A stretch of DNA of 64,000 bases from a bacterium (GCA_030691545.1 JAUYEE010000291.1:147-64146); one strand, 5' to 3'. Positions 1-10,361 are shown, counted from the first letter of the stretch. The notes: generated by a model from the sequence alone, not told the origin. A program made the numbers and translations.

Positions 1-161
1 TGCGGCGCGGGGGAGTATGGTGCAGGGCGGAATCGGGCAATCCGAGAGCGGGCCCCTGCCGCAAAGATGGCGGTGGGACATGAAAGGCTCGCGGAAAGCG
101 GACGGCATCACGGGATAGGCAGGATGATAAGGTTATAACAGTCTCTCAGGGAGGAGAAACC

Positions 162-1862
162 ATGGGCGTGAAACGGTCTCTGTTGGTGTTGGTCACGAGC
201 GTTGTTTGCTTTTGCGTGCTGGCGAGCTTTTCCCACGCGGTGGAGAAGCTGGATCGGGGGGTGATTGCGGTCATACAGGAGGATGGGTCGGTCTATGTGG
301 GGTGGCGGTTGCTGCAATCCGATCCGACGGATGTCGCGTTCAAGGTGTTGCGTGGCGAGGGCCCGGACGGGCCGTCGAAGAAGCTGAACGCCGAGCCAAT
401 CACCGACTGTACGAATTTCATTGACAAGGCAGGACCGACGGGTTTGCGGTATGCGGTTGAAACTGTCAGGAAGGACGGCGGCGGCGCCGTCGCTCCAGGC
501 GTTACGCCGATAGAGTTTCAAAAGGACAGAGGATACATCTCCATTCCGTTGAAGGGGAAGTATCGGGCGCAGATGGTGGCGGTGGCGGACTTGAACGGGG
601 ATGGGCAGCTTGATTATGTGATCAAGCAGCCGGATTTCAACGTTGACCCCTACGAGGCGCCCGGATACTGGAAGAAGAGCGAGGATACGTACAAGATCGA
701 AGCCTACCGGCACGATGGTAAGTTTATGTGGCGGTACGATATGGGCTGGGCGATCGAGGAGGGCATCTGGTATTCGCCGATTGTGGTCTATGACATTGAC
801 GGGGACGGAAAAGCGGAGGTCTATACGAAGGCAGCAGAAGGGGACCCGCGAGACCAAGATGGGCGCGTACAGTCGGGGCCGGAGTATTTGGTGAAGATAG
901 ATGGCGAGACGGGCAAGGTCGTGAAGAAGATTGACTGGCTGAGTCGGGAGGGGTTTGAGAGTTACAACTACTATTGTCGGAATCTGTTAGGCGTGGCGTA
1001 TCTCGACGGAAAGAAGCCCTATCTGATTATGGAGCGCGGAACGTACACGATCATCAAGATTGCGGCTCTCGACGCGGATTTGAAGCAGGTGTGGTACTGG
1101 GAGGCGACAGGCGAGAACAAGGACTATCGCGGGCAGGGATTGCACGGTCTGCATGCGGCGGATGTTGACGGAGACGGGTGCGATGAGTTGGTGATCGGGT
1201 GCGCGGCGATTGACCACGACGGGAAGTCCATGTGGACACTGAAGAAGGGCCATCCGGATGCGGCGTATGTGGGGGACGTTGATCCGGGTCGTCCTGGTTT
1301 GGAAGTTTTCTATGGTATCGAGAGAAGCCAGAAAGAAGACCCGGTTTGTCTGGTTGACGCGAAGAGTGGAGAAATCATCTGGGGGTACAAGGGACCGAGC
1401 AAGCACGTGCACGGGCAAGGGATGTGCGCGGACATCATTGGGAGCATCCCCGGCATGGAGTGTTACGCGGGGGAGAAGGACGGGAGCAATTACTGGCTGT
1501 ATGATGCGAAGGGGAATCGGCTCTCGGATAAGAGCATGGGCACTCTATCGCCGAGGCCGGTGTACTGGGACGCGGACCCGCAGAGGGAGTTGAATCTGGG
1601 AGGTCGAGTGCGGGACTACGAGGGAGAAGACTACGGGCGAATCGACGGGAAAGTGATGGCGATTGTGGATTGTCTCGGTGATTGGCGAGAGGAAATTATC
1701 ACCAGCGTCGAAGGGGAGTTGCGCATCTATACCACGACGATTCCGGCGAAGAATCGGAGGGTTTGTTTGATGCAGGATCGGAAGTACCGGACGGATGTGG
1801 CTGTGCAGTCCATGGGGTATTACTATCCCCCGATTGAAGCGGGAGTGCCGATGCCGCAGTAG
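162..1862 (+). CDS. Secreted rhamnogalacturonan lyase family 11 (YesW/YesX-like) beta-propeller protein
   Basis: Signal peptide. N-terminal 'EKLDRGVIAV...VYVGWRLL', repeated DxDGDG calcium motifs, 'GDWREEII' and C-terminal 'LMQDRKYRTDVAVQSMGYYYPP' are typical of PL11. AGGAG RBS upstream. Confidence 0.85.
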   Translation: MGVKRSLLVLVTSVVCFCVLASFSHAVEKLDRGVIAVIQEDGSVYVGWRLLQSDPTDVAFKVLRGEGPDGPSKKLNAEPITDCTNFIDKAGPTGLRYAVETVRKDGGGAVAPGVTPIEFQKDRGYISIPLKGKYRAQMVAVADLNGDGQLDYVIKQPDFNVDPYEAPGYWKKSEDTYKIEAYRHDGKFMWRYDMGWAIEEGIWYSPIVVYDIDGDGKAEVYTKAAEGDPRDQDGRVQSGPEYLVKIDGETGKVVKKIDWLSREGFESYNYYCRNLLGVAYLDGKKPYLIMERGTYTIIKIAALDADLKQVWYWEATGENKDYRGQGLHGLHAADVDGDGCDELVIGCAAIDHDGKSMWTLKKGHPDAAYVGDVDPGRPGLEVFYGIERSQKEDPVCLVDAKSGEIIWGYKGPSKHVHGQGMCADIIGSIPGMECYAGEKDGSNYWLYDAKGNRLSDKSMGTLSPRPVYWDADPQRELNLGGRVRDYEGEDYGRIDGKVMAIVDCLGDWREEIITSVEGELRIYTTTIPAKNRRVCLMQDRKYRTDVAVQSMGYYYPPIEAGVPMPQ

Positions 1863-1990
1863 CGAGAATATGTAACCGCAGAGCCCGCGCAGAGAGCAGA
1901 GGGGGGAAACCTGTTGTGCCATTCACCCTCTGTGTTCTCTGTGGTGAGCTGACCGCAGAAGTGAATGCCGCATAAAAAGCTTACGTGTGC

Positions 1991-2019
1991 TTGACAGGGT
2001 TGGGGCGTTCTGGTACGGT
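1991..2019 (+). promoter_or_regulatory. Sigma70-type promoter for symporter gene
   Basis: TTGACA (1991-1996), 17 nt spacer, TGn-TACGGT (2014-2019). Confidence 0.55.
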
Positions 2020-2089
2020 TTCGCAAATCCTCGGGTCGGAGTGGGCGGCCCGCGAAATCATCCACGACATCACATCGAGAGATGCAGCA

Positions 2090-3694
2090 ATGATTTTCTG
2101 TGCGATTGAATTTCGGCTGAATTGGGCAGACTGGGTTGTGATTTTCGGCTACCTGACGGCGATGGCGCTCATTGGCGTCGTATCTTACAAGTACATCAAG
2201 GGGATTCGAGATTTCTTTCTGGGGGGGCGGCGGTTCAAGAAGATTTTCGTGATGTTCCATGCGTTCGGAGCGGGGACGGCCGGGCAAGACCCGATTCAGG
2301 TCGCGGGGGCCGGGTATAACAGGGGGTTCGCGGGGATATGGATACAGCTTCTCTGGCTTATGTGCACGCCCTTCTACTGGCTCATCGCCCCGGTATGGCG
2401 AAGAATGCGGTACGTGACGACGGGCGACTTCTTCCGCCAGAGATTCGGGAAGAGCCAGGAAGTCTCTTTCGCGGTGTACGGGCTGATCTTTTACGCTGTG
2501 CTGAACTCGCTCAACCTCCTTGCCATCAAGAAAATCGTGGTTGACATCGCGGGGGGGCCGACCCCCTGGGCAACCTGGATCGTGATAGCTTCGGGCATCA
2601 TGTTTCTGGTTTACGGGCTGCTTGGGGGACTCATCGCCGCCGTCATCAACGACCTGATTCAGGGGCTGATGATTATCTTCCTTTCTTTCGTGGTCATTCC
2701 CGCTGGATTGGTCAAGCTCGGCGGCTTTTCCGGATTGCACGAGAAAGTTGGCGTGGAGCTTTTCGACCTGTTCGCGGCAGAGGAGTTCACTTTGGCGTGG
2801 GTGATCTTCATGTCGCTGCAAGCCCTTATTGGCATCGTAGTTCATCCTCACATGATGGGCACTTGCGGTTCGGCAAAAACTGAGCGAGATGCAAGGTGGG
2901 GATTGTGCTATGGAAACTTCCTGAAAAGGATATGCACCGTCGGCTGGGTGTTGACGGGCGTCATCGCGGCGGCGATTTACGCGTCGCGACCGCTTATTGA
3001 CCGCGAGCATGCTTTTCCTGCGACCATCAGAGACCTTCTCCCGCACGGCATGGTAGGTCTTTTCATCGCCTGCATCATTGCCGCGGCTCAGTCCACGCTC
3101 AGCGCCTGCATGGTCGCCTCTTCAGGGCTTTTTGTTAACAACTGCTACCGTCCTTACATGAAGAAAGGCGCCTCGGAAAAGCATTACCTGGCTGCCAGCC
3201 GGGTGGTTTCGGCGCTGGTGATCACCGGCGCCATGGTCATTGCTCTTGTCTCGGAGTCCATCATCCAGTTATTCAAATTCTCGATGCAGATTCCCCCTCT
3301 GTTCGGGATCGCGTGGTGGTTCGGGGTGACCTGGAGAAAGGCGAACAGCAAGGGAATGTGGGCGAGCTTCTTCGCCTGCGCGGCGGCGATGGCAGCGACG
3401 TGGCCGTATCCGCAACCTTTCAAGGTTGTTCGTTGGCCTGGGTCCTGGGGGATCACTCAGTTTCTGGAGAGGCTTAATTTCGTCAAGCCGGCCGGCGACG
3501 GTCTTTACGTATGGCGAGACGAGTGGCACATCTGCGCCTTTTTGGCGGCAGGCATACTTGCGATGGTCATTGTGTCGCTTCTCACAAGAGGAAAACCGGA
3601 AAAAGAACTCGACGACTTCTATACGCTCATCCACACGCCCGTCGGGCAGGAAGATAAACTCAGGGAAGCCGGTATCCCTGTCGTGATGCACTGA
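2090..3694 (+). CDS. Sodium:solute symporter family protein
   Basis: Many TM segments with 'DFFLGGRR', 'GGLIAAVINDLIQG' and 'AAAQSTLS' SSS motifs. ATG 2090 chosen because it lies downstream of the promoter. Confidence 0.9.
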   Translation: MIFCAIEFRLNWADWVVIFGYLTAMALIGVVSYKYIKGIRDFFLGGRRFKKIFVMFHAFGAGTAGQDPIQVAGAGYNRGFAGIWIQLLWLMCTPFYWLIAPVWRRMRYVTTGDFFRQRFGKSQEVSFAVYGLIFYAVLNSLNLLAIKKIVVDIAGGPTPWATWIVIASGIMFLVYGLLGGLIAAVINDLIQGLMIIFLSFVVIPAGLVKLGGFSGLHEKVGVELFDLFAAEEFTLAWVIFMSLQALIGIVVHPHMMGTCGSAKTERDARWGLCYGNFLKRICTVGWVLTGVIAAAIYASRPLIDREHAFPATIRDLLPHGMVGLFIACIIAAAQSTLSACMVASSGLFVNNCYRPYMKKGASEKHYLAASRVVSALVITGAMVIALVSESIIQLFKFSMQIPPLFGIAWWFGVTWRKANSKGMWASFFACAAAMAATWPYPQPFKVVRWPGSWGITQFLERLNFVKPAGDGLYVWRDEWHICAFLAAGILAMVIVSLLTRGKPEKELDDFYTLIHTPVGQEDKLREAGIPVVMH

Positions 3695-3722
3695 GTGTCG
3701 TCGAAGAAAGGGTCGTCGAAGA

Positions 3723-4472
3723 ATGACAGACGGAAAGAAGAAATCGTCCTGGGAGATTGCCTCGCCCGGCCCCGGAACCCTCAGCGGATTCTTTGTCGCG
3801 TGGCTGTTCGTGGCGGCAATCATCGGCATTACGGTGGTCTTGATGCTCGTCGGCAAGGGGCCGATGCCTCTGCGGGTGGTCGGGTACGACATAAGTGTAA
3901 GGGGACAGGCCCCAAGCGCGGCGCAGATGGAGAAGCTTGTTACGGCCATCCGGCAAACGAGTCCGATGGTTCTGGCGATTCACGGTTGCTCCGAGGAGAT
4001 GGCGCCCGAGTTGGCCCGAAAACTGGAGATCAAGCAGGAGAACTTCGCTTCGCAGGGTTCTTCGGCGATACTGAGCCGATACGAAATCAAGAAGTCGCAA
4101 GGCGGGCGCGTTGGGTTGATTGAATGGGGGAAGGTCGGGAAGTTCGGCGTCGTCAGCGTGGACCTCAAAGAGGCCGCAGACGCCGTTGCAGATTTGAAAA
4201 AAGCGATTGAGTCGGCGAAGAAAGAGTTCGGCAGGACACCGCATGCGATTCTGGCACAGGCGGGCAGCACGGCGCCCGAGGCTCCCGAGGGTTACATCGT
4301 TGCGACCGCAACGAAGCAAGAGGCGACAGATTGGCGCATCTATGTGCCCAAGGACCTCGAAGATAATCTGAAAGAATGCTACGTTCCTGCGGACAACGCG
4401 AAGATCAAGGAGTTTTCCCAGCGGATGCCGATCGTCGCTCGATTTGTGTTCCACAAGAAGGATTTCAAATAG
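3723..4472 (+). CDS. Membrane-anchored protein with degenerate endonuclease/exonuclease/phosphatase (EEP)-like fold
   Basis: One N-terminal TM helix, then 'LRVVGYDI', 'IRQTSPMVLAIHG', 'AILSRYEI' and 'SQRMPIVARF', which echo EEP motifs with catalytic positions changed. Confidence 0.55.
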   Translation: MTDGKKKSSWEIASPGPGTLSGFFVAWLFVAAIIGITVVLMLVGKGPMPLRVVGYDISVRGQAPSAAQMEKLVTAIRQTSPMVLAIHGCSEEMAPELARKLEIKQENFASQGSSAILSRYEIKKSQGGRVGLIEWGKVGKFGVVSVDLKEAADAVADLKKAIESAKKEFGRTPHAILAQAGSTAPEAPEGYIVATATKQEATDWRIYVPKDLEDNLKECYVPADNAKIKEFSQRMPIVARFVFHKKDFK

Positions 4473-4731
4473 CTCGCGCCGGGCAGGGGCACGGCCTGCC
4501 CCTTTCTTCTGTTTGACCTCATCAGCCGTTTCCATTCATGAAAGATGGCTCGGGCCGGCTCTCCCCGCCCCGCAAGATAAGTGAGTCAGGAACTCACGAC
4601 GGGGATATTTGTCCTACCACTCTCTCCCGAGCGCGACTATAATCCCACCTGAGCGCGGCAGCGATCGAAAACCGCCCTGCCAGCTCGAGAAAACAACATC
4701 AGATTCATGCGGAAGAGAGACATCGCTGCTC

Positions 4732-6387
4732 ATGTTCAAACCGGTCACAGAATGGATTGAATTGGTCAACGCGGTCCGCGCGGGAGACCGAAGCGTGCTG
4801 GAGTCCCCTTTCGGACGGGCGGTTGTGGGCATCTACGGAGACCGGCCTGGGATTCTCCGAGAACGGATGACGCTGATTCGGAGGGCGCTTGTTGCTTTCG
4901 GACAGAAGTACGGGAGGCAAAGCGTCGCGGCGATTGTTCGCTGCCCGGGGCGGATCAATCTCATGGGGCGGCACATTGACCACCAGGGAGGGCACTGCAA
5001 CCCACTGGCGATTGACCGGGAAGTCGTGATGGTCGTGCAGGCGAGACGCGACGATGTCATTGAACTGTCGAACGTTGACCCGGTGAGTTTTCCCTCGAGG
5101 CGATACTCGCTGCAGAAGCTAAACCGTGTTCTGCCGCCGGACGAGTGGAAGGCGTTCGTTGACGCGCAGACCACGGTTGATTTTCTGGCACAGAACGCGG
5201 GGTGCTGGTCGCTATACGTTCTGGCGGCGATTCTGCGTCTCCAGAACCGGTATCCAGAGCGGCAGTTTCGGGGAATGAATCTGATGGTGGCCGGGGATAT
5301 ACCCATCGCGGCTGGATTGAGTTCGTCTTCCGGGATGGTTGTCGCGGCGGCGGAAGCGGCAATTCTCATCAATGGACTGCCCGTCGAAGAAGGTGAATTT
5401 CCGGTGTTACTGGGCGAGGGAGAATGGTTTGTTGGCACAAGGGGCGGATTCAACGACCATGCCGCGATGAAACTCGCTCAGCGAGGGAGCGTCCTCAAGG
5501 TCAAATTCTTCGATTTCGCGGTGGAGGAGGTCGTCGCCTTTCCGCCCGAATGCTGCCTTGCAATCTGCGATTCCGGAGTCAAGGCGAGGAAAAGCGAGAG
5601 CACGAAACACATCTACAACGCGAAAGTCACGGCGTACGCGATGGCGAAGGCGTTGCTCAAGAGGGGCAATCCGCAGTGGGACGGGCGGATCGAGCACTTC
5701 CGGGACTTCAACCCGGTGACGTTGGGGGCGTCGCTCCGGGAGGTTTATCGTGCCATCATCAACTTTCCGCGAAAGATGACGCGGGAAGCTTTTCGGGAGA
5801 TGTTTTCTGACGAGGCTGGAGGCGAGACGGAGAAGCTTTTTGCCTCGCACCGGAAGCCGGAGTCCGGGTATGACGTGAGGGGGGTCGCGCTTTTCGGTGT
5901 TGCGGAGTGCGAGAGAAGTCGGTTGTGTGCGGAGTACCTGCGAATGGGAGACGTGGAAGGGCTAGGGCGGCTGATGAACATTTCCCACGACGGAGACCGC
6001 GTGAGCGTCAACTCAGGAGAGGGGCGGCGGGTCGAGTTCGCCACCGCGGAAACAGACGATGTGATCCTTGACCTGATCGAGCGTGCGGAGAGCGATAACC
6101 CTGCGGTGAGGCAAACCGCCGCGATGCACCTTCAGCCGGGTTCGTACCGGTGCAGCACGCCTCAGATAGACCTCATCGTGGACATGGCGAAGGCGACGCC
6201 GGGGGTTTATGGCGCCCAGTTGTCCGGGGCGGGGTTGGGGGGCTGCGCGATGGTCTTAGCGGACCACGGAGCGTGTCGGGAACTGAGGAACAACCTTGCT
6301 GAGACCTGTCTGAGCGCAAGCAACCTCGAATGCTCCTTCCTCGTCTGCACCCCGATCGGAGGAAGCGGTCCTCTGCTGGCGCCCTGA
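4732..6387 (+). CDS. Galactokinase-family GHMP kinase
   Basis: 'PGRINLMGRHIDHQGG', 'IPIAAGLSSSS' and 'GAQLSGAGLGGC' GHMP motifs. Start uncertain (ORF is open from 4609). Confidence 0.85.
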   Translation: MFKPVTEWIELVNAVRAGDRSVLESPFGRAVVGIYGDRPGILRERMTLIRRALVAFGQKYGRQSVAAIVRCPGRINLMGRHIDHQGGHCNPLAIDREVVMVVQARRDDVIELSNVDPVSFPSRRYSLQKLNRVLPPDEWKAFVDAQTTVDFLAQNAGCWSLYVLAAILRLQNRYPERQFRGMNLMVAGDIPIAAGLSSSSGMVVAAAEAAILINGLPVEEGEFPVLLGEGEWFVGTRGGFNDHAAMKLAQRGSVLKVKFFDFAVEEVVAFPPECCLAICDSGVKARKSESTKHIYNAKVTAYAMAKALLKRGNPQWDGRIEHFRDFNPVTLGASLREVYRAIINFPRKMTREAFREMFSDEAGGETEKLFASHRKPESGYDVRGVALFGVAECERSRLCAEYLRMGDVEGLGRLMNISHDGDRVSVNSGEGRRVEFATAETDDVILDLIERAESDNPAVRQTAAMHLQPGSYRCSTPQIDLIVDMAKATPGVYGAQLSGAGLGGCAMVLADHGACRELRNNLAETCLSASNLECSFLVCTPIGGSGPLLAP

Positions 6388-6520
6388 TGCAGGCGGTGGC
6401 TTGTGGCATCTGCCACCCTTGGCGAGGCTCAGCTCTATGGAACAATCGTAGTCAAAGGGGTGTCAATCTAACGAGAGAAAGGCAACGAAGGCATTCCGTG
6501 GAGCTTCAGGAGGCTTTTTG

Positions 6521-7360
6521 ATGAAGAAACAGGCGCTTTTGGTTTTGGGTGTCTCCGCTCTGATCCTTTCGCACCTGGCTTCGCTGAGTTGCGAAGGGAT
6601 TACGCCGGCTGAGGGCAAGGTCAACTTGCGGGTGCTGTACGTTGGGGAGCCCGATACGGACCGGGAGAAGGACTTTGTCGGGTTCTTAGAGAAGCATTTT
6701 GCGAAAGTCGCAAAGGCTGACCTGGAGAAGGTCGAGGTGAAGGACGGGGATGGCTTTGACGTGGTGATTGTGGACTACAGCGAGCTGACGATCAAAGGGA
6801 ATGCGATCGTCACGCCACGGATACCCTTCGGCAGGGGCTACTCACGTCCGGTTCTGACGGTAGGGGCCGCGGGAGCGCTCGTATGCGACTCCCTGGGCTT
6901 GAAGACGGGCTATCTCTGAAACTGCCTCGGGGAAGCGGCTCAGGGTGAGCTGCCCAAGCACGAGGTGTTCGAGGGGCCTTTCAAAGTTAAGCCGGTTTAC
7001 GAATGGTGGGAGACGCCATCGAACTACCGGGGCTACCCCGGAGGCGAGAAACTTCCCGATAAACTGAAGGTGTGGCGCGTTCAGAAGACGACCGATGAGC
7101 CGGGCGGCACGACGCGTCCTTATGGAGCCGTTTCGCGAGACTGGAAATCGGACAAGAACCTGGATGCGGAGGCGCTGGTCGCTGGCTACAACAAAGGCAA
7201 GATGAGCGGTGCTGTGGCTGTCGGCCGCCACGGGAACTTCCTCCAGTGGGGCTTCTCCGCTCCGCCCTCGACGATGACGGAGGCGGGGCGCAGCTTTTTC
7301 CTGAATTGTGTCTGCTATATCGCAAAGTTTGAGGGGAAATCACCCCTTCCGCCGAGGTAG
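6521..7360 (+). CDS. Putative secreted selenoprotein (279 aa, Sec at codon 133, U-x-C motif), split by the ORF caller into two ORFs
   Basis: ORFs 6518-6919 and 6965-7360 are in the same frame and separated only by TGA 6917-6919. Read-through gives GYL-U-NCLGEAAQGELPKHEVFEGPF. A SECIS-like hairpin follows. Confidence 0.75.
6920..6960 (+). promoter_or_regulatory. Candidate bacterial SECIS element
   Basis: Stem GCGGCTCA (6935-6942) / TGAGCTGC (6946-6953) with apical GGG loop 23 nt after the UGA, plus a weaker lower stem. Confidence 0.65.
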
Positions 7361-7455
7361 TCAACACGACGGCGCGGTGGGAGACAGGCCGCAATGAGAG
7401 TGCGGCTCAGTGAAAATCAGGCCCACCGCGGAACCCTTGATGGAGCGAAGAAAAA

Positions 7456-8835
7456 ATGAAGCACATCTTGACAAACCGGGAGGGATTACTGTTCATTTTT
7501 CTGGTCGTGTGGGGATTCTGGCTGGCGACTGAGACAGGGGGCGAGGAATCGTGGCAGCCGGTCGTGGAGGTCGAGGAGGTGGTGTGCACGTATGTGCCGC
7601 CGGACAATGGGGCGGGTCCGTTGTGGTGCTATGGGGCGCCGCTGATCGTGCGGTGGCGGGATAGGGTGTTTGTGAGCGCGATGGAGACGGGGGAGGGCGT
7701 GCCGAAGTTGTGCAATACTCGGTGGCAATTGTTCATGCGAGGCGATGACGGATGGAAGTTGCAGCGGAAGGCTGACGCCTACCGAGAGCGAGAACCATGC
7801 CCGCTGGTCGCCTTTTCCGCCGGGAGGCTTTTCCTCTCGGTGAACCCTTCGATTTCGCCGCCGGGGACTCAATACGGGCCGTGTGAGCCGCACCTTTTGG
7901 AATTCTCCGCCGAGAAGCCCAGTGAGTTGCCTAAGCAGTTGCGGCCCGTGTGGCAGGGGGAGACGCGCTTCACGGATCATTCGTATCGCGGGATTGCCGC
8001 GGACGGTGCGCGCGGCGAGATTCTGTTGCTGAACATCCACGCGGAGACGGGCGAGCAGTTCTGGAGTTTCCTCGACACGGACGGCAAATGGAGCCGGCAG
8101 GGGAAAATTCGATTCCCGATTCGGTCGTGCTACCCGCAGGTTGCATTGAAGGACAGGGCGGCGCACGTTCTGGCAATCGGCGACATCGTGGAGCCGAATG
8201 AGGAGTGGCGAGCCTATAAGAAGGAGAAAACCGGGCGGGAATGGGACTATGTGTTCCGACGGCTGTTTTATGCGTGGACGCGCGACATCACGACGACCGA
8301 TTTTGCCGAGCCGCTCGAGTTGGAAAATCTGGATGCGACGGGCGGATACATCCGCAACCTCGATTTGTGGCTGGGTCCGGAATCATCGGTTCACGTGCTG
8401 TATTTGAAAATGCCGGTGCAGTCTGCCCTTATTCGTGATAGGTTCTTGCCTGGAGAGAAGATTACGACGTCGCTCGAATACACCATTCTGCGAAATGGGA
8501 ACGTGGTTCGCCGCGCCACGTTACTGAAGGGAGGCGAGGGCGAGTCGAACGACATTCCGGGGAATGCTCGATTTCAGGTGACGGCGGAGGGAGAGCTGTC
8601 CGTGGTGTACTTTTCCAGCGGCGTGGACAAAAACGGGAAGCCGGTCTCAGAGAACAGAATCACGCGGATTTTGCCGGAGACGGATTCAAAGCCTGTTACG
8701 ATCCCCCTCGAGCATCCTTTCACGACATTCTTCACAGCTTGCGAGCGAGGCGGCTCAGCACCCTCGAAAATCATTGACCTGTTCGGAACAGGGTATCAGC
8801 CGAACACCCTCCGTTACGCCCGCGTCCGGCTCTGA
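7456..8835 (+). CDS. Hypothetical exported beta-rich (BNR/propeller-like) protein
   Basis: 459-aa ORF, N-terminal hydrophobic segment, aromatic and beta-strand-rich composition. No family recognised with confidence. Confidence 0.7.
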   Translation: MKHILTNREGLLFIFLVVWGFWLATETGGEESWQPVVEVEEVVCTYVPPDNGAGPLWCYGAPLIVRWRDRVFVSAMETGEGVPKLCNTRWQLFMRGDDGWKLQRKADAYREREPCPLVAFSAGRLFLSVNPSISPPGTQYGPCEPHLLEFSAEKPSELPKQLRPVWQGETRFTDHSYRGIAADGARGEILLLNIHAETGEQFWSFLDTDGKWSRQGKIRFPIRSCYPQVALKDRAAHVLAIGDIVEPNEEWRAYKKEKTGREWDYVFRRLFYAWTRDITTTDFAEPLELENLDATGGYIRNLDLWLGPESSVHVLYLKMPVQSALIRDRFLPGEKITTSLEYTILRNGNVVRRATLLKGGEGESNDIPGNARFQVTAEGELSVVYFSSGVDKNGKPVSENRITRILPETDSKPVTIPLEHPFTTFFTACERGGSAPSKIIDLFGTGYQPNTLRYARVRL

Positions 8836-8853
8836 GCCGGGTGCGGCAGGAGC

Positions 8854-8882
8854 TTGACAGGGGGGCGGTCGGGGATTATCAT
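8854..8882 (+). promoter_or_regulatory. Sigma70-type promoter
   Basis: TTGACA (8854-8859), 17 nt, TATCAT (8877-8882), upstream of the zinc-ribbon/DAC/glycosyltransferase cluster. Confidence 0.7.
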
Positions 8883-8965
8883 TTCTTCGGCAGACAAAGA
8901 GATGAGCCCCGCGAGAGAGCTATTGTCTTCAATCCTGGGTTTGGGACAATAGGAGGTGAAGAAGC

Positions 8966-9226
8966 ATGCCGACTTACGAATATCGAGCCAAGGATGAAGC
9001 AAGGGCTTGCGGCTATTGCGCGGAGAGGTTCGAGGTGGATCAGCGGATGAGCGATGCACCTCTGGAGCGCTGCCCGAAGTGCGGGTCGCCGGTGGAAAGG
9101 GTAATTTCCGTATTCTCTGTCACCACAGGTCCTTCGGCAAAATCGCTCCTCAGCGACAAGAATATCAAGCGGCACGGGTTCACAAAATTAGTGAACGAGG
9201 GCGGCGGGAAATTCAGGAGAATATAG
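8966..9226 (+). CDS. FmdB-family zinc ribbon protein
   Basis: 'MPTYEY...CGYC...FEV.QRMSDAPLERCPKCGSPVERVIS'. AGGAGG RBS. Confidence 0.9.
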   Translation: MPTYEYRAKDEARACGYCAERFEVDQRMSDAPLERCPKCGSPVERVISVFSVTTGPSAKSLLSDKNIKRHGFTKLVNEGGGKFRRI

Positions 9227-9338
9227 AATAAGGGTGCGGCGACTCGCTGGGTGCCGGCTTCTGCGGGAATGCAGCAAGAGAAGGGGGCGTTTTCCTTTGG
9301 CGCGACGACCTTGACGCTTTCAGAGGAGGCAGGAAGCG

Positions 9339-10361
9339 ATGACGCAGTGTGATCGGCGAGAAGTGACGCAGGTGGTCCTCGAACATGCTCGGCAAATGGC
9401 GCAGCAATGCGGGGCGAGGACGTTGGTGGTTTGCGCGGACGTGTTTACTTCGCCGCAAGAGCTGAAAGAACGCCTGGCGGGGAAAGAGGAGGGGAAGACG
9501 GTCATCGTGACGCGCGACGCCGCTGCATTTCAAGATATTCTCACGGAACAAATCCGGACGATCGAGGTGCCGGCGGTGGACCTGACGCGAATGGGTCAGA
9601 TCAAAATGGCGATTCTGCTTGGGACGTCGCACAATGTGTTGGGGCAGGGCGACCGGCTGGTTTGTCTTTCCGGAGTTCCCCGAAGCGACGATATGGACAC
9701 GGTGCTGTTCACGGAAGTGAGCGAAGAGTTCGAGATGTTCGCGGCCCGGGGAGGAGCGGAAATCCGGAAGCACGCGAATCCGGAAGTATTTGAGAGGGTG
9801 CTGGACATCGCCGTGGAACTGGGACAAGAGGGGCGAGAAGGCAAGCCGGTTGGGGCGATTTTCGTGATCGGAGACATCGAACGGGTGAAGGAGTTCTCGG
9901 AGCCGTTGATGTTGAACCCGCTCCAGGGGCACTCGGAGAGCCATCGGAACATCCTCTCCCCCGGTCTGCGGGAGACAGTCAAAGAGCTTTCGTCCCTCGA
10001 TGGGGCGTTTCTGATTCGGGACGATGGTGTGGTGGACGCCGCGGGGATGTTTCTTCGGTCGGTGATTCCGGGGAGCGAGCTCCCCCACGGGCTGGGGGCA
10101 AGGCATCGCTCGGCGGCGGGGATTACTGCCGCGACGGATGCGACGGCGATCACGGTGAGCGAATCTACGGGAACGGTCACAGTATTCCGTGGGGGGCGAA
10201 TCATCATCGAGATCGAGAAGCCGCGACCGATCGGTTCCCTGGCCCCTGAGCCGAAAGAGCTCTTGTACAAGGGCGGGTCGGGCGAGGGAAAGGGGCCGCG
10301 GAACCGAGGGCGCGGGTCCCGGGAGAGCCGAAAAAAGCTGTCCGAATCAACTAAGGAATAG
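9339..10361 (+). CDS. Diadenylate cyclase (DisA_N domain) with N-terminal pyruvate-kinase-C-like domain
   Basis: 'EGREGKPVGAIFVIGD', with catalytic 'DGA' and 'GLGARHR' motifs intact, and 'VSESTGTVTVFRGG'. Confidence 0.88.
   Translation: MTQCDRREVTQVVLEHARQMAQQCGARTLVVCADVFTSPQELKERLAGKEEGKTVIVTRDAAAFQDILTEQIRTIEVPAVDLTRMGQIKMAILLGTSHNVLGQGDRLVCLSGVPRSDDMDTVLFTEVSEEFEMFAARGGAEIRKHANPEVFERVLDIAVELGQEGREGKPVGAIFVIGDIERVKEFSEPLMLNPLQGHSESHRNILSPGLRETVKELSSLDGAFLIRDDGVVDAAGMFLRSVIPGSELPHGLGARHRSAAGITAATDATAITVSESTGTVTVFRGGRIIIEIEKPRPIGSLAPEPKELLYKGGSGEGKGPRNRGRGSRESRKKLSESTKE

Noticed and set aside
3692..4123. In-frame TGA between the symporter and ORF 3695-4123 as a second read-through case
   Set aside because: The symporter looks complete, there is no Cys or redox context, and the downstream frame is a shadow of the better gene at 3723-4472.
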